A stretch of DNA of 64,000 bases from Bdellovibrio sp. (GCA_036677065.1 JAKFBS010000001.1:640001-704000), one strand, 5' to 3'; counted from the first letter of the stretch, positions 29,701 to 38,176 are shown. Numbers and translations: made by a program. The notes: a model not told the origin generated them from the sequence alone.

Positions 29701-29903
29701 TAACTATTCAGTCGTTTAATTTAGGTAATACTGAAAAAACAAAAAAACTTTTAGCTTGGATCAATTCACAGAATAAAATCTTTTTAAGTGGTTGTGAAAT
29801 TGGCGGCTGTTTTTCAATTCGCGTGTGCTTATTAGGTTACCGATTGCATTTTGCGCAGGTACAAGAACTTATTCAGCTGATCAAAGAGGGTTTGCATGCC
29901 TGA
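26754..29903 (+). CDS. Fusion of an OvoA-like sulfoxide synthase (DinB + FGE-like) and a group II PLP-dependent decarboxylase
   Basis: LRHPLMFYYGH, GVDEMSWDDM, HEKIHFE (HX3HXE, 27399-27419), LYDDFS, HFFQHAGFR; then HPGYMAY, GGGSQAN, GTTNTGSVD, HVDGAYG, DPHK (29373-29384). Confidence 0.88.
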   Translation: MSLSNIPQTVSLTRNPNLSAPKVDRTSANEVQQKFGERWWTGLHPEKCTGFDREKKYLAALPLINLEICTRQDVMDYFDNTWTLTEILFAGLKHESTYIRPPYHQLRHPLMFYYGHPAVLFLNKLRLAGVVDNPVDLYLEKVLETGVDEMSWDDMAKNEMEWPNVATVHEYRQKIYNLIKNVIQTHPDLDLAARKAKNIQIGPQHPLWSLFMGFEHEKIHFETSSVLMRELPIELVETPKYWAPLYDSKSTKTAKPAAGKDFPANTWSAQKGSLVSYGKSENAPSFGWDNEYGYRKSKTKDFQLTEQLISNGEYFDFVASGAYQEDKYWQAEGLMWRKFRNTKRPTFWVAYGPEGLHEYKLRTIFEIIDMPWDWPAEVNFHEAQAYCRWKQEQDKSSLHYRLITEAEFVSLKLKLPTDEVLQNAEYKKSGTVHSEKFNFNFHHASPRPVNTGSADSGVRDLMGNVWQWAEDQFNPLEGFKINKLYDDFSTPCFDGKHQMILGGSFISCGHEASINARFHFRPHFFQHAGFRIAATLDGSHDNAAIRLKHDTQYVHTKRENVLDQMQKEDWWKSVQQPMELSEEEIQKAYEAAEKFVRNFEHNRKDVSPMGTALDPYTNDIKKDYRRPYQTTKNFPETPESFEKLVQFIATDIAPLGQQPGHPGYMAYVAGAANPLSAPAQALAMTMNQFTGHFSLAPGLVTLEMEVIRWFTTMMKYSEQTATGILTGGGSQANMMALVAARNKLFSQKLELSKARFYASTQVHHCIGKAIAFLGFPKECLRLIATDQNYSMIASELDKSIAEDLKNGFVPVAVVGTAGTTNTGSVDPLDAIADICEKNKIWFHVDGAYGALFMLTDKGQKVLSGIERSQSVALDPHKALQIPYGVGCLLIKNKSDLSTQYAGNSSYMPPSPGLHEEQFSLIDFADISPELSRDPRGLRVWLPLKAFGVGPFKLNLEEKIQLSDYLHSELKKISLVKVVSAPHLTIQSFNLGNTEKTKKLLAWINSQNKIFLSGCEIGGCFSIRVCLLGYRLHFAQVQELIQLIKEGLHA

Positions 29904-31035
29904 TTTAGAATTTTTTAAATCACAGTTCAATAAAACTGAATTAGTGCATTTAAACAATGCCGGCCTTCAACCGATCACCCGCGCGGCACGAGAAAAAATT
30001 GATTACTGGTCGCGAAGATTTTGGGAAGAAGGCTATAACACTGATAAAGATTACGCAGCCGATGTGACTCATGCCCGCACAAGTTTAGCTACTATGATTG
30101 GTTGCGAAACCAGCGAAGTCGCTTTTTTTGTATCGACTGCTGGTGCGGTTAACCAATTGGCTTTTTCTTGCGGATTAAAATCCGGTGACGAAGTAGTTAT
30201 GTGGGATCAAGAGTACGGAAGCCACTTATACCCCTGGAAAGCCGCTTGCGACCAAACTGATGCCAAGCTTGTGATTGTCGAATCAGATGAAAACTTAGCA
30301 ACACCTATGGAAAGATATTTAAAAGCTATCACGCCAAAAACCAAAGTCATCGCTTTTAGTTGGGTGCAGTTTACAGCGGCAAGCCAAATGGAAGACATCA
30401 AACATGTTATTCAAACTGCGAAACAAAAAGGAATTTTAGTTTTCGTGGATATCATTCAAGGTTTTGGCTTACATCCTTGTGATGTCTGGACATGGGGAGC
30501 CGATGCCGTTATGGGCGGAAGCCACAAATGGCTTTGTGCTCCGGTAGGCGTAGGTTTTTTAGCTTTACGAAAAAATTTAATTCCTCAGTTTAAACCGCAT
30601 GTGATCGGTATGTACACTTACGGAACCTGTGATGACCCATCTGATTTTGCCTGCGAGCCAAAACGTGATGCGACGAAATTTGAACCTGGTTCAAAACAAG
30701 TTTTAGAAATCACGGCTCTTGGCGCATCACTTGATGTGATTCAAAAAGTGGGTGTGAAAACGATCGAAGCTGAAGCCTTAAGATTAGCAAAAATCTTACG
30801 CTTAGGCATCATCGATTTAGGTTATGAAGTTGTATCTCCTTATCAAGGTGAACAAGTGCATTCAACACCGTTTATTAATTTTAAACCAAAAGGCGTGATG
30901 AGCAAAAAAGAATTGTCTGATAAATTGAACGCGCAAAAGATTTTTCACGCAGTTCGCGGCCCGGGTTTACGTTTTACACCGACGGCCTTTAATAGCGAAA
31001 CTGATCTTGAAAAAGCCCTTTTAGCTTTAAAATAA
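29896..31035 (+). CDS. Aminotransferase class V PLP enzyme (C-S lyase / cysteine desulfurase / EgtE-like)
   Basis: HLNNAG, VDIIQGFG, GSHKWLCAPVG; 8-nt overlap with the upstream gene. Confidence 0.85.
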   Translation: MPDLEFFKSQFNKTELVHLNNAGLQPITRAAREKIDYWSRRFWEEGYNTDKDYAADVTHARTSLATMIGCETSEVAFFVSTAGAVNQLAFSCGLKSGDEVVMWDQEYGSHLYPWKAACDQTDAKLVIVESDENLATPMERYLKAITPKTKVIAFSWVQFTAASQMEDIKHVIQTAKQKGILVFVDIIQGFGLHPCDVWTWGADAVMGGSHKWLCAPVGVGFLALRKNLIPQFKPHVIGMYTYGTCDDPSDFACEPKRDATKFEPGSKQVLEITALGASLDVIQKVGVKTIEAEALRLAKILRLGIIDLGYEVVSPYQGEQVHSTPFINFKPKGVMSKKELSDKLNAQKIFHAVRGPGLRFTPTAFNSETDLEKALLALK

Positions 31036-31073
31036 TTGTTAAGACCTGCTATATCGCCTCTGCAAAAAGTCTT

Positions 31074-31122
31074 GTACTAAATTGAGACACTGACTCAAGT
31101 CTGTATCATTTATGACCGATAA
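31074..31122 (+). promoter_or_regulatory. Composite sigma28-like promoter with upstream TGAGAC box
   Basis: TGAGAC (31083) - N6 - TCAAG (31095) - N15 - ACCGATAA (31115); same spacing as the 23602 element. Confidence 0.7.
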
Positions 31123-31140
31123 GCTCCCATGAGGGAATGC

Positions 31141-33261
31141 ATGAGCAAACTAGTTTTACTTATCAGTTTGATGATGAGCTTTATTGCCATTAAAGCTAAT
31201 GCTTTATCAGGTGAGGATCAAATTAAAGCTGATTGTTATAAAAAAACCGGAAGCTATGGTGGATCTAATCCAAAGTCTCCGTATCAGTTATGTTTGCGTG
31301 CAAACGGTATTCTTAAAGTTGAAAGAAACGTCAGCGGCAGCGATGATAAATCGAAAGCAGATGCGCGTATCTGTAATGCTGCTAATCCAGTTTGTAGTAA
31401 GTGTATCGGTCTCTATGGTTCTGGTGATGCAAAAAGTGCCAGAACAAAAATTACTGAATGTGTGCAGCGAGAAGAAAATAAACGAGCTGCAGCTGCAAAG
31501 CCAAAACCAAAAGAGCCAACCATTAATGGTGGTCGATTACAAGAAGTCACAGTTACGGCTCGAGCTCCGTGTTCAAAAACAAATCCACGTAATTGTACAA
31601 CGATGACGGCATGTGCAATCAATAACGGAGAATGGAACGAACAAGCTCAAGCCTGTTCTGCGGTTCCATGTCCTACAGGAACTACGGCTGATCCGCGCGA
31701 TTCAAAGTATTGTGTGTGTGATAGCGAAATGACACCGTATTCGATTGAACGTGGTTCAGTACAGCAATGTCCGGCGATGTGTAAAGCCGAAGATCATAAA
31801 GAGTATAATATCGTCGTGCGCGGTTGTATTTGCTCGCCCGGTTTCGAAGACCGCACCGGGTTTGGAACATGCGTAAGTAAGACAACGCCTGCGCCACAAG
31901 TGGCAGCGTGTATCCAAGAATTACAAGATAAAATAGCTGCGTGTAATACTGCTTCTACAGCGGCGGTTAATAAATGTGATCCAAAACGTGAATCACGTGA
32001 TGGAGATTCTCTTGATGCGCTTCAAGGTTTATTGCAGGGTGCTGCTGTTGCCGGTGGTGGTGCTGCCGCAAACTGTGGGCAGGCTGCAATTGCCGGTTCT
32101 ACAGGTTATTATGCGATCGAAGAATTACGCGGAGGCTGTGATACTGAAATTAGCGCCTGCAAAACAAGTTGCAGCGATGCTACTGCATACATCAATGCAA
32201 ATAAAGACCGTATTTATGAGAAATGCCGTAAAAAAGATTGGGATTATTACGGTTGTCGTATGGATAGTCCATATCCTGATGCGCTGACTGAAGATGCTTT
32301 TAATGCTGCATGGGACGGAACAAATAGAGTTCCATTCGAACAGCAAATTCAAGCCATGCAGACTAGTGTTACTGATTATAATTCGAAATGCGAAGCTGGC
32401 GGAACTGCTGACAACAACCGTGATAAAATGACGAATTTCATGGATGACATGAATTCAGCGTATAAAGGTGCAAAGCAGTGTGAATGTCAGTTAGGTTCTG
32501 GCACTAATTGTGATAGCCAGCCGGGCCCTGCAGAATGTGCAGGAAACCCTTCGCTTCCAGGTTGTGCGCTAGTCGGAGTTAACTGTTTAAGTGCAACAGA
32601 CAATTCGCCTAAGTGTGTTTGTTTTAAAAATCCGAACAGTGATGAATGTAAAAATATTCAACAGACTAACAATAACTTAAAAGTAAACTCTACTGATGTA
32701 AGTGCATTTGCTGGCATCGGTAGTGGTGTTGGTGGATCTGCTTCGGGCGGCGGCGATGTTGCTGGAAAAACCGATTCAGGTAATGTGAATGTTGGTGATT
32801 TAAGTGGTATAGGTGCAGATGATGAAGCTATAGGCGCTAATGCCTCGGGTACTACAACCACTGATGCTGGATCACCTTTTGGTGCTGCTGCAGGTGGCGG
32901 TAGTGGTGCTGGCGGCAGTTCAGGTGGCGGCGCAAATGGTGCTTCAGCTGCTGAAGCAGACGGTGAAGATGAAAGCACAAGTAAAAAACTCGGTGGCCTT
33001 TTTAATGTGGCAAAATCCGCATTAGGAAATTTATTTAAAAAAGGCAAAGACGATAAAGGCACGTATGATCCTGTGACTGGTAAATATATTAATGAAAATG
33101 GTTTAGATTCTAAAAAATGGCGTCCTCGTGGCATGGTGCGCGGGCTAGCTGGTGATACAGAAATCGCCGGCAAGTTCGAAGACATCTGGAAAGTCATGAA
33201 CCGACAATACAAAATCCAAGATCAGAAAGACACGTTTCTTTTTGGTGGGGAGAAGAAGTAA
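31141..33261 (+). CDS. Large secreted Cys-rich protein, paralog B
   Basis: Signal peptide, Cys-rich, Gly-rich linker, C-terminal EDIWKVMNRQY motif. Confidence 0.8.
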   Translation: MSKLVLLISLMMSFIAIKANALSGEDQIKADCYKKTGSYGGSNPKSPYQLCLRANGILKVERNVSGSDDKSKADARICNAANPVCSKCIGLYGSGDAKSARTKITECVQREENKRAAAAKPKPKEPTINGGRLQEVTVTARAPCSKTNPRNCTTMTACAINNGEWNEQAQACSAVPCPTGTTADPRDSKYCVCDSEMTPYSIERGSVQQCPAMCKAEDHKEYNIVVRGCICSPGFEDRTGFGTCVSKTTPAPQVAACIQELQDKIAACNTASTAAVNKCDPKRESRDGDSLDALQGLLQGAAVAGGGAAANCGQAAIAGSTGYYAIEELRGGCDTEISACKTSCSDATAYINANKDRIYEKCRKKDWDYYGCRMDSPYPDALTEDAFNAAWDGTNRVPFEQQIQAMQTSVTDYNSKCEAGGTADNNRDKMTNFMDDMNSAYKGAKQCECQLGSGTNCDSQPGPAECAGNPSLPGCALVGVNCLSATDNSPKCVCFKNPNSDECKNIQQTNNNLKVNSTDVSAFAGIGSGVGGSASGGGDVAGKTDSGNVNVGDLSGIGADDEAIGANASGTTTTDAGSPFGAAAGGGSGAGGSSGGGANGASAAEADGEDESTSKKLGGLFNVAKSALGNLFKKGKDDKGTYDPVTGKYINENGLDSKKWRPRGMVRGLAGDTEIAGKFEDIWKVMNRQYKIQDQKDTFLFGGEKK

Positions 33262-33262
33262 T

Positions 33263-35176
33263 ATGAAAAATATCATGATGTACTTATTTATTGTTTTCTC
33301 TTTGTTTGTCGTAAACACAGCATTGGCTGACGAGTGTGAAACGGCGGGAAAAGTTAAACTTTCACAGCTGAAGTATGTCGGTACAGATTTAAAACCATTA
33401 CTTCGACGAAATGGTGCTTGTACTGTCGTTAAAGCATCGAATGATACTGAAGGTCGAGCCGCCTGCGGAACAAAAAGAGCAGCTCTTAATCCTGGAAACC
33501 CTCAGTACACCGGCGTTAATGATCACGGTAGTCAGACGAATAATAAGTTAGGTTATTACTTCTGTGTGGGCATGAACAAACGAGCAATGTGTAATGATCG
33601 TATCAGTGAACTTGGCAGCACAATGGACATTGTTTGGAAGCAAACTGGTAGCAACGAGCGTAATGATGGTGACTGTCTTTGTGGAAAAAAAGGCGATGGG
33701 TCGACAAAGATGATGGCATGTCCAGTAACTGAAGCACAGGTCGATGCTTTTAAAGATGGAAAAACCACAGGTTGTGTTCAGGGCGCTGAAGATGATGGTG
33801 ATGGAAATTGCCGCTGTCTTGCCGGTGAGAAAAAAGGAACTGTAGTTAAAGATGGTGGAACATGTCCAAAAGACCCTTCACCGCCGGTGGCAACCGCAAC
33901 CGTAAGTCCTGATGACTTTGACGATTGTTTGGCTGAAGTGAAAGCTGCAAAAGATGGTTGTTCTGAAGAAGGAAAAAAAGCTATTGCAAGTTGCAGTAAA
34001 GAAGCGCCTGAGGTCAATAAAAACATTTCTGAAGCTCAGCGTGTGTTGTCGATCGGATTAGATGCTGTCATTGCAAAAAATGCGGGAACTGGTGCTTTAG
34101 CCAGTTGTGCAAAAATGGGTGCTGCGGGAACTTCAGTTATTGAAGCTTTAAGTTTGCTGCGTGAAAATTGCAAAAAAGAATTAAATAATTGTAAAAAAAG
34201 TTGTGAGCAAGCCGGTGTTTTTGGCAAAAAAACAGAAGACGAATACGTTGCAGAATGTAAAGCCGTGTTTTTAAGTAAACAAAAAGAATGGACTGACGAA
34301 CATGAAAAAGCTTTTAAACCATTGGTTGCAGAATATACAAAATTAGCTGATAACTCAGAAAAATTTTGTAAAGGGGATGTGCAAAAATCTGATAACCAGC
34401 TAGATGGTTTTTTACAAGAGTTAGCCATGAGCGTGCAAAAAGCTGATATCTGTAAATGTCAGTTAACAACTTCATCTGCAGGTAATGAAAATTGCGATAA
34501 TGTGGCTGGTCCATTAACGTGTATTCAAAATGTGAATCAACCAGGCTGTTCATTTAGCTCAGTAGGGTGTAGTCCAGGCTCAACGCTTCCGGGCTGTCGT
34601 AATCCAGTCAATATGACAAATCCAAATGGTTCAGGCATCGCAATGCCAGCTTCGGGTTTTGCAGGGCCTGGTTTTACGTCGACAGGTGGTGGTAGCGGTA
34701 ATTCCAGTAAAGTCGGATTAGGTGGCGATGATTTTGATTTCTCTGATGAAACTCGTCCTTCAGGTTCTGGCACAGCCACGGCTGATGCAGGTTCGCCATT
34801 CGGCACTGCCGCTGGTGGTGGAAGTGGCGGCGCAGCAGGTGGTGGCGGAGGCGGAGGCGGCGGCACTGGTGATGGCGGCGGCGCGGGCGGCGAAGAAAAA
34901 GAAAAAGGCGGTATTTCTGGATTTTTTCAAAATGCAAAAGGTGGTATCGCAAGTTTATTTGGTGCTGGAGCTGATAACAAAAACGTAGCTGCGAAAAAAC
35001 CAGTTAATAAAGCTTATAAAAATGATGTTAACGGATTCAGGCCAAAAGCCGGAGTGCGCGGCATGGCTGGCTCGAATGAATTTGGCAGTAAAAACCGTGA
35101 CATTTGGAAGACTATGAACGAACGTTATAATGATCAATATCACACATTTATAACGGTGGAGAATCCACAAAAGTAA
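33263..35176 (+). CDS. Large secreted Cys-rich protein, paralog C
   Basis: Signal peptide ALA, Cys-rich, poly-Gly linker, C-terminal RDIWKTMNERY motif. Confidence 0.8.
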   Translation: MKNIMMYLFIVFSLFVVNTALADECETAGKVKLSQLKYVGTDLKPLLRRNGACTVVKASNDTEGRAACGTKRAALNPGNPQYTGVNDHGSQTNNKLGYYFCVGMNKRAMCNDRISELGSTMDIVWKQTGSNERNDGDCLCGKKGDGSTKMMACPVTEAQVDAFKDGKTTGCVQGAEDDGDGNCRCLAGEKKGTVVKDGGTCPKDPSPPVATATVSPDDFDDCLAEVKAAKDGCSEEGKKAIASCSKEAPEVNKNISEAQRVLSIGLDAVIAKNAGTGALASCAKMGAAGTSVIEALSLLRENCKKELNNCKKSCEQAGVFGKKTEDEYVAECKAVFLSKQKEWTDEHEKAFKPLVAEYTKLADNSEKFCKGDVQKSDNQLDGFLQELAMSVQKADICKCQLTTSSAGNENCDNVAGPLTCIQNVNQPGCSFSSVGCSPGSTLPGCRNPVNMTNPNGSGIAMPASGFAGPGFTSTGGGSGNSSKVGLGGDDFDFSDETRPSGSGTATADAGSPFGTAAGGGSGGAAGGGGGGGGGTGDGGGAGGEEKEKGGISGFFQNAKGGIASLFGAGADNKNVAAKKPVNKAYKNDVNGFRPKAGVRGMAGSNEFGSKNRDIWKTMNERYNDQYHTFITVENPQK

Positions 35177-35186
35177 GTAGTTTAAT

Positions 35187-35729
35187 ATGTTAAAAAAAAT
35201 CATCTTGAGTTTGCTTCTAGTTTCAAATTTTTCTTCATGCGTGACTTACCTTAAAAAGGGAAGTCACGCTAACGGTCACGATTCTAAAACCGCATTAACT
35301 GGTCAATACAAATCCGAAAAACTTAAAATCTATTTCGCGAACAACACTGAAGCTGATCTTCAAAACGTTGAGCTTTTTCGCGAGTTGATTCTTAATAAAA
35401 ATATGTTCACAGAAGTTTTACTAGTTCGCAGCGAAAAGATCGAAACTTGCGAAGGTCATTGTGTTCTGTTCACTAATAAAAAAAGTGGTCTATCAGTCGG
35501 TGAAAAACTAAATATGGCAGCTACCTATTTAACTTTAGGAATCATTCCATCGCGTTTTACCAATGAATATGTTTTGAAAAATAAATTTGGCCAGGTTGAA
35601 GACATTGAAATCGTTAACTGGGTTTCTGTATTTTTATTGCTTTATGTAGGTAATGATTCTTTCGAAGAATCTGAAAAAGAGCAGCTGGTTAAGTTACAAA
35701 CATTGTTAAATCAAGCCGAGGCTAATTAG
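35187..35729 (+). CDS. Hypothetical lipoprotein
   Basis: FSSC lipobox-like; YLTLGIIP motif. Confidence 0.65.
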   Translation: MLKKIILSLLLVSNFSSCVTYLKKGSHANGHDSKTALTGQYKSEKLKIYFANNTEADLQNVELFRELILNKNMFTEVLLVRSEKIETCEGHCVLFTNKKSGLSVGEKLNMAATYLTLGIIPSRFTNEYVLKNKFGQVEDIEIVNWVSVFLLLYVGNDSFEESEKEQLVKLQTLLNQAEAN

Positions 35730-36927
35730 CATTGATTAAGCTGTGCAGGGTCTGAATTGTTTGATCCTTGCGATTTTGCTCAACGATATAATTTAAACTC
35801 ATTGCTGACTGAATAAAATAAGCCGGTTGAATATTAATTTCTGATAATTTCTTTGTCACAGCCACTAGGGTGTCGTTTAACGTTGAACCTGTGCAAGTTA
35901 AGCTCACTGAACATAACTCATTGTTCACCACCTGCAGCTGCGGGTGTTTAGTAAAATCCATAGCTTCAATGGCTGACAAAATTTCTGGTGGGGCTGTTAG
36001 CAGCACGTGCGTTTTTTTATTTTGCACAAACCCGTTTAAAATTTGTGGAACAGCAATATTTGATTTTTGAAAAGCTTGAAATAAAATGTCGAAAGCTTGT
36101 GCCGGTGTGTCTGTTTGGATAGCTAATTCTAAAATTTTAGAGTGAGAATTAACGGCCAATGGTTTTGATGATTCAAACATAACGCCCTCGTGGATAATGG
36201 TGCCTTCGCTACTTTGACCGTGATTATGGTCATGCGCGGGGCCTACATATAATTTTACTTTTTTAATTTTAGCTAATTCAACTGAGCGGTAATGCAGAAC
36301 TTTAGCGCCCCAATAAGTCATTTCTAATAAATGATCATAATTTAGCTGGGTGATTTTTTGTGCTTGCGGAACAAGCTTAGGATCAGCGGTAAAAATGCTG
36401 CTGACGTCTTTTAAAATTTCACAGCGATCAGCATTTAAAAAAGCGGCCATCGCCACAGCTGAAGTGTCAGAGCCGCCACGCCCTAATGTAGTGATTTCTT
36501 TAGTCACGGGTGAAACACCTTGAAAGCCCGCTAAAATCACAATTTTATTTTTTTCTAAAGCTTCTTGCACGCGGTGAGCTTTAACATCTTTAATCATCGC
36601 GCCCAAATGTGATTCGTCTGTAAAAATGCCAGCTTGGCTACCAGTAAAACTAATTGCATCGTGACCTAAATCATTGAGCGCAATACTTACCAGCGACATG
36701 CTAATACGCTCGCCCACTGAAAGTAACATGTCAAATTCGCGAAGATTGGGCGACTGACTAACACTTTGAGCTAAACTGATCAGTTGGTCAGTGGTTTTAC
36801 CCATAGCTGAAACAACGGCAACGATTTGGATATTTTTCTTTTTTAATTCAGAAATACGGCGGGCTGCAGATTTTATTTTCTCAGGATCAGCTAGGGTGGC
36901 GCCGCCATATTTTTGTACGATTAACAT
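35722..36927 (-). CDS. lysC: Aspartate kinase
   Basis: VQKYGG, VVSAMGKTTD, TTLGRGGSDTSA. Confidence 0.92.
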   Translation of the reverse strand: MLIVQKYGGATLADPEKIKSAARRISELKKKNIQIVAVVSAMGKTTDQLISLAQSVSQSPNLREFDMLLSVGERISMSLVSIALNDLGHDAISFTGSQAGIFTDESHLGAMIKDVKAHRVQEALEKNKIVILAGFQGVSPVTKEITTLGRGGSDTSAVAMAAFLNADRCEILKDVSSIFTADPKLVPQAQKITQLNYDHLLEMTYWGAKVLHYRSVELAKIKKVKLYVGPAHDHNHGQSSEGTIIHEGVMFESSKPLAVNSHSKILELAIQTDTPAQAFDILFQAFQKSNIAVPQILNGFVQNKKTHVLLTAPPEILSAIEAMDFTKHPQLQVVNNELCSVSLTCTGSTLNDTLVAVTKKLSEINIQPAYFIQSAMSLNYIVEQNRKDQTIQTLHSLINAN

Positions 36928-36931
36928 TCTA

Positions 36932-37906
36932 TTAATCTAACGCAAATTTTTTGGTTTGATCACGAAAAAACTGTTGTGCCACGGTGAGTGAACCCACCGG
37001 CACCCGAATCCAATGCTGTTTCGATGTTTTTGGAATATAACCTAACACTAATTCAGCATTTAAATCTTTTAGTGATTTACGAGTAACACTTAAATAATCG
37101 GCTAAAAGTTCAATATCGGTTCCGGCCGGTGCTTTAACAAACTCATAACTTAATGGAAACTCTGGATCTAAATTGCGAAAGCCGTATAAGTTTGGGGCTT
37201 TCGCGATCATAAGAGCTGCTAAAATTTTTGGAACATAATCTTGGGTTTCCTGAGGTAGGGCCCCAAGACGAACAAGCTCCCAGTAATCTTTGGTGCCGTA
37301 TTTTCTAATTCTGCTGCGCAAGCCGCCTTCACCCATGTTGTAGCTTGCGGCTACTAAATACCATGAACCAAATTCAGCATGTAAATCCTGCATGTAACGT
37401 ATCGCTGCTTTTGTACTTTTTTGTAAATCACGGCGTTCATCGATCCAGTACTGTTGTGATAAGCCATAATGTTTTCCGGTTGAGGGAATAAACTGCCACG
37501 GACCGACAGCACTGGCGGTACTTACTGCAGTTGCTGAAAATCCACTTTCAATCATCACCATGTAACCTAAATCACCCGGTAAACCTGATTTTTTAAGTTC
37601 GGCTTGAATAAACGGCATGTATTTCGAAGATTTTTCTAACCAATTGCGAAAAAAGTTTTTTCCGCGTGTTTGATAAAAAGAAATCCAATAGCTTACTTTG
37701 TGATTGTAGGTCACGGGCAGGTCAAAAATAAAATGCTCGGTTTTGCCATTTTGTTTTTTCTCTAAGATTTTTAATTTATCTTTCAGAGACAAAGTTTTTA
37801 ATTTTTTATCTAACGGTTTCGTTGCGACAGCAGCATAGGCAGAAGGTAAGCCCACAGCCAGATTCAAAATAACAATCGCAACGAATAGATTTCTTAAAAG
37901 CATCAT
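36932..37906 (-). CDS. Lytic transglycosylase (MltD/SLT-like)
   Basis: MIESG, AVGPWQF, AASYNMGEG, ETQDYVPK. Confidence 0.9.
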   Translation of the reverse strand: MMLLRNLFVAIVILNLAVGLPSAYAAVATKPLDKKLKTLSLKDKLKILEKKQNGKTEHFIFDLPVTYNHKVSYWISFYQTRGKNFFRNWLEKSSKYMPFIQAELKKSGLPGDLGYMVMIESGFSATAVSTASAVGPWQFIPSTGKHYGLSQQYWIDERRDLQKSTKAAIRYMQDLHAEFGSWYLVAASYNMGEGGLRSRIRKYGTKDYWELVRLGALPQETQDYVPKILAALMIAKAPNLYGFRNLDPEFPLSYEFVKAPAGTDIELLADYLSVTRKSLKDLNAELVLGYIPKTSKQHWIRVPVGSLTVAQQFFRDQTKKFALD

Positions 37907-38103
37907 TTAATTATCTAGTGAACGGGCGAAAAGGTCGAGAGAGCATTTTTGACAGTCGAGGACAGTCGGGCTGACAAATTAATGACATCATTTTCCCAGA
38001 CTGGCTTTTCGTCGAGTCGTTAAACGGTGCTGTAATGTCATTGTAATGGCGCTGATAAAAGATTTTTTCGAAAGCCTAGACAAAAATATGAACAGTACCT
38101 TTT

Positions 38104-38119
38104 TGGCATTGGCGTTGCT
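38104..38119 (+). promoter_or_regulatory. sigma54 (-24/-12) promoter of the flgF operon
   Basis: TGGCAT-TGGCG-TTGCT, GG-N10-GC, 57 nt before flgF. Confidence 0.8.
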
Positions 38120-38176
38120 CTTTCTATTAAGATGAGAATCCCTGTTAGCCGCAACTGGACTGAAGGAGCATAACAA

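Noticed and set aside
26754..29903. Plain ovothiol A synthase (ovoA) or plain formylglycine-generating enzyme
   Set aside because: There is no C-terminal SAM methyltransferase; a decarboxylase is there instead. The DinB-like iron motif argues against a simple FGE. No gene symbol assigned.
26083..31035. Selenometabolite (selenoneine/ovoselenol) cluster or selenocysteine Gpx
   Set aside because: The Gpx catalytic codon is TGT (Cys), no selD or SenB-like gene is in the window, and the synthase keeps the Tyr of LYDDFS. Not supported from this window.
34810..34895. GGC/GGT-rich repeat as a DNA repeat or G-quadruplex element
   Set aside because: Explained by the poly-Gly linker codons of paralog C.
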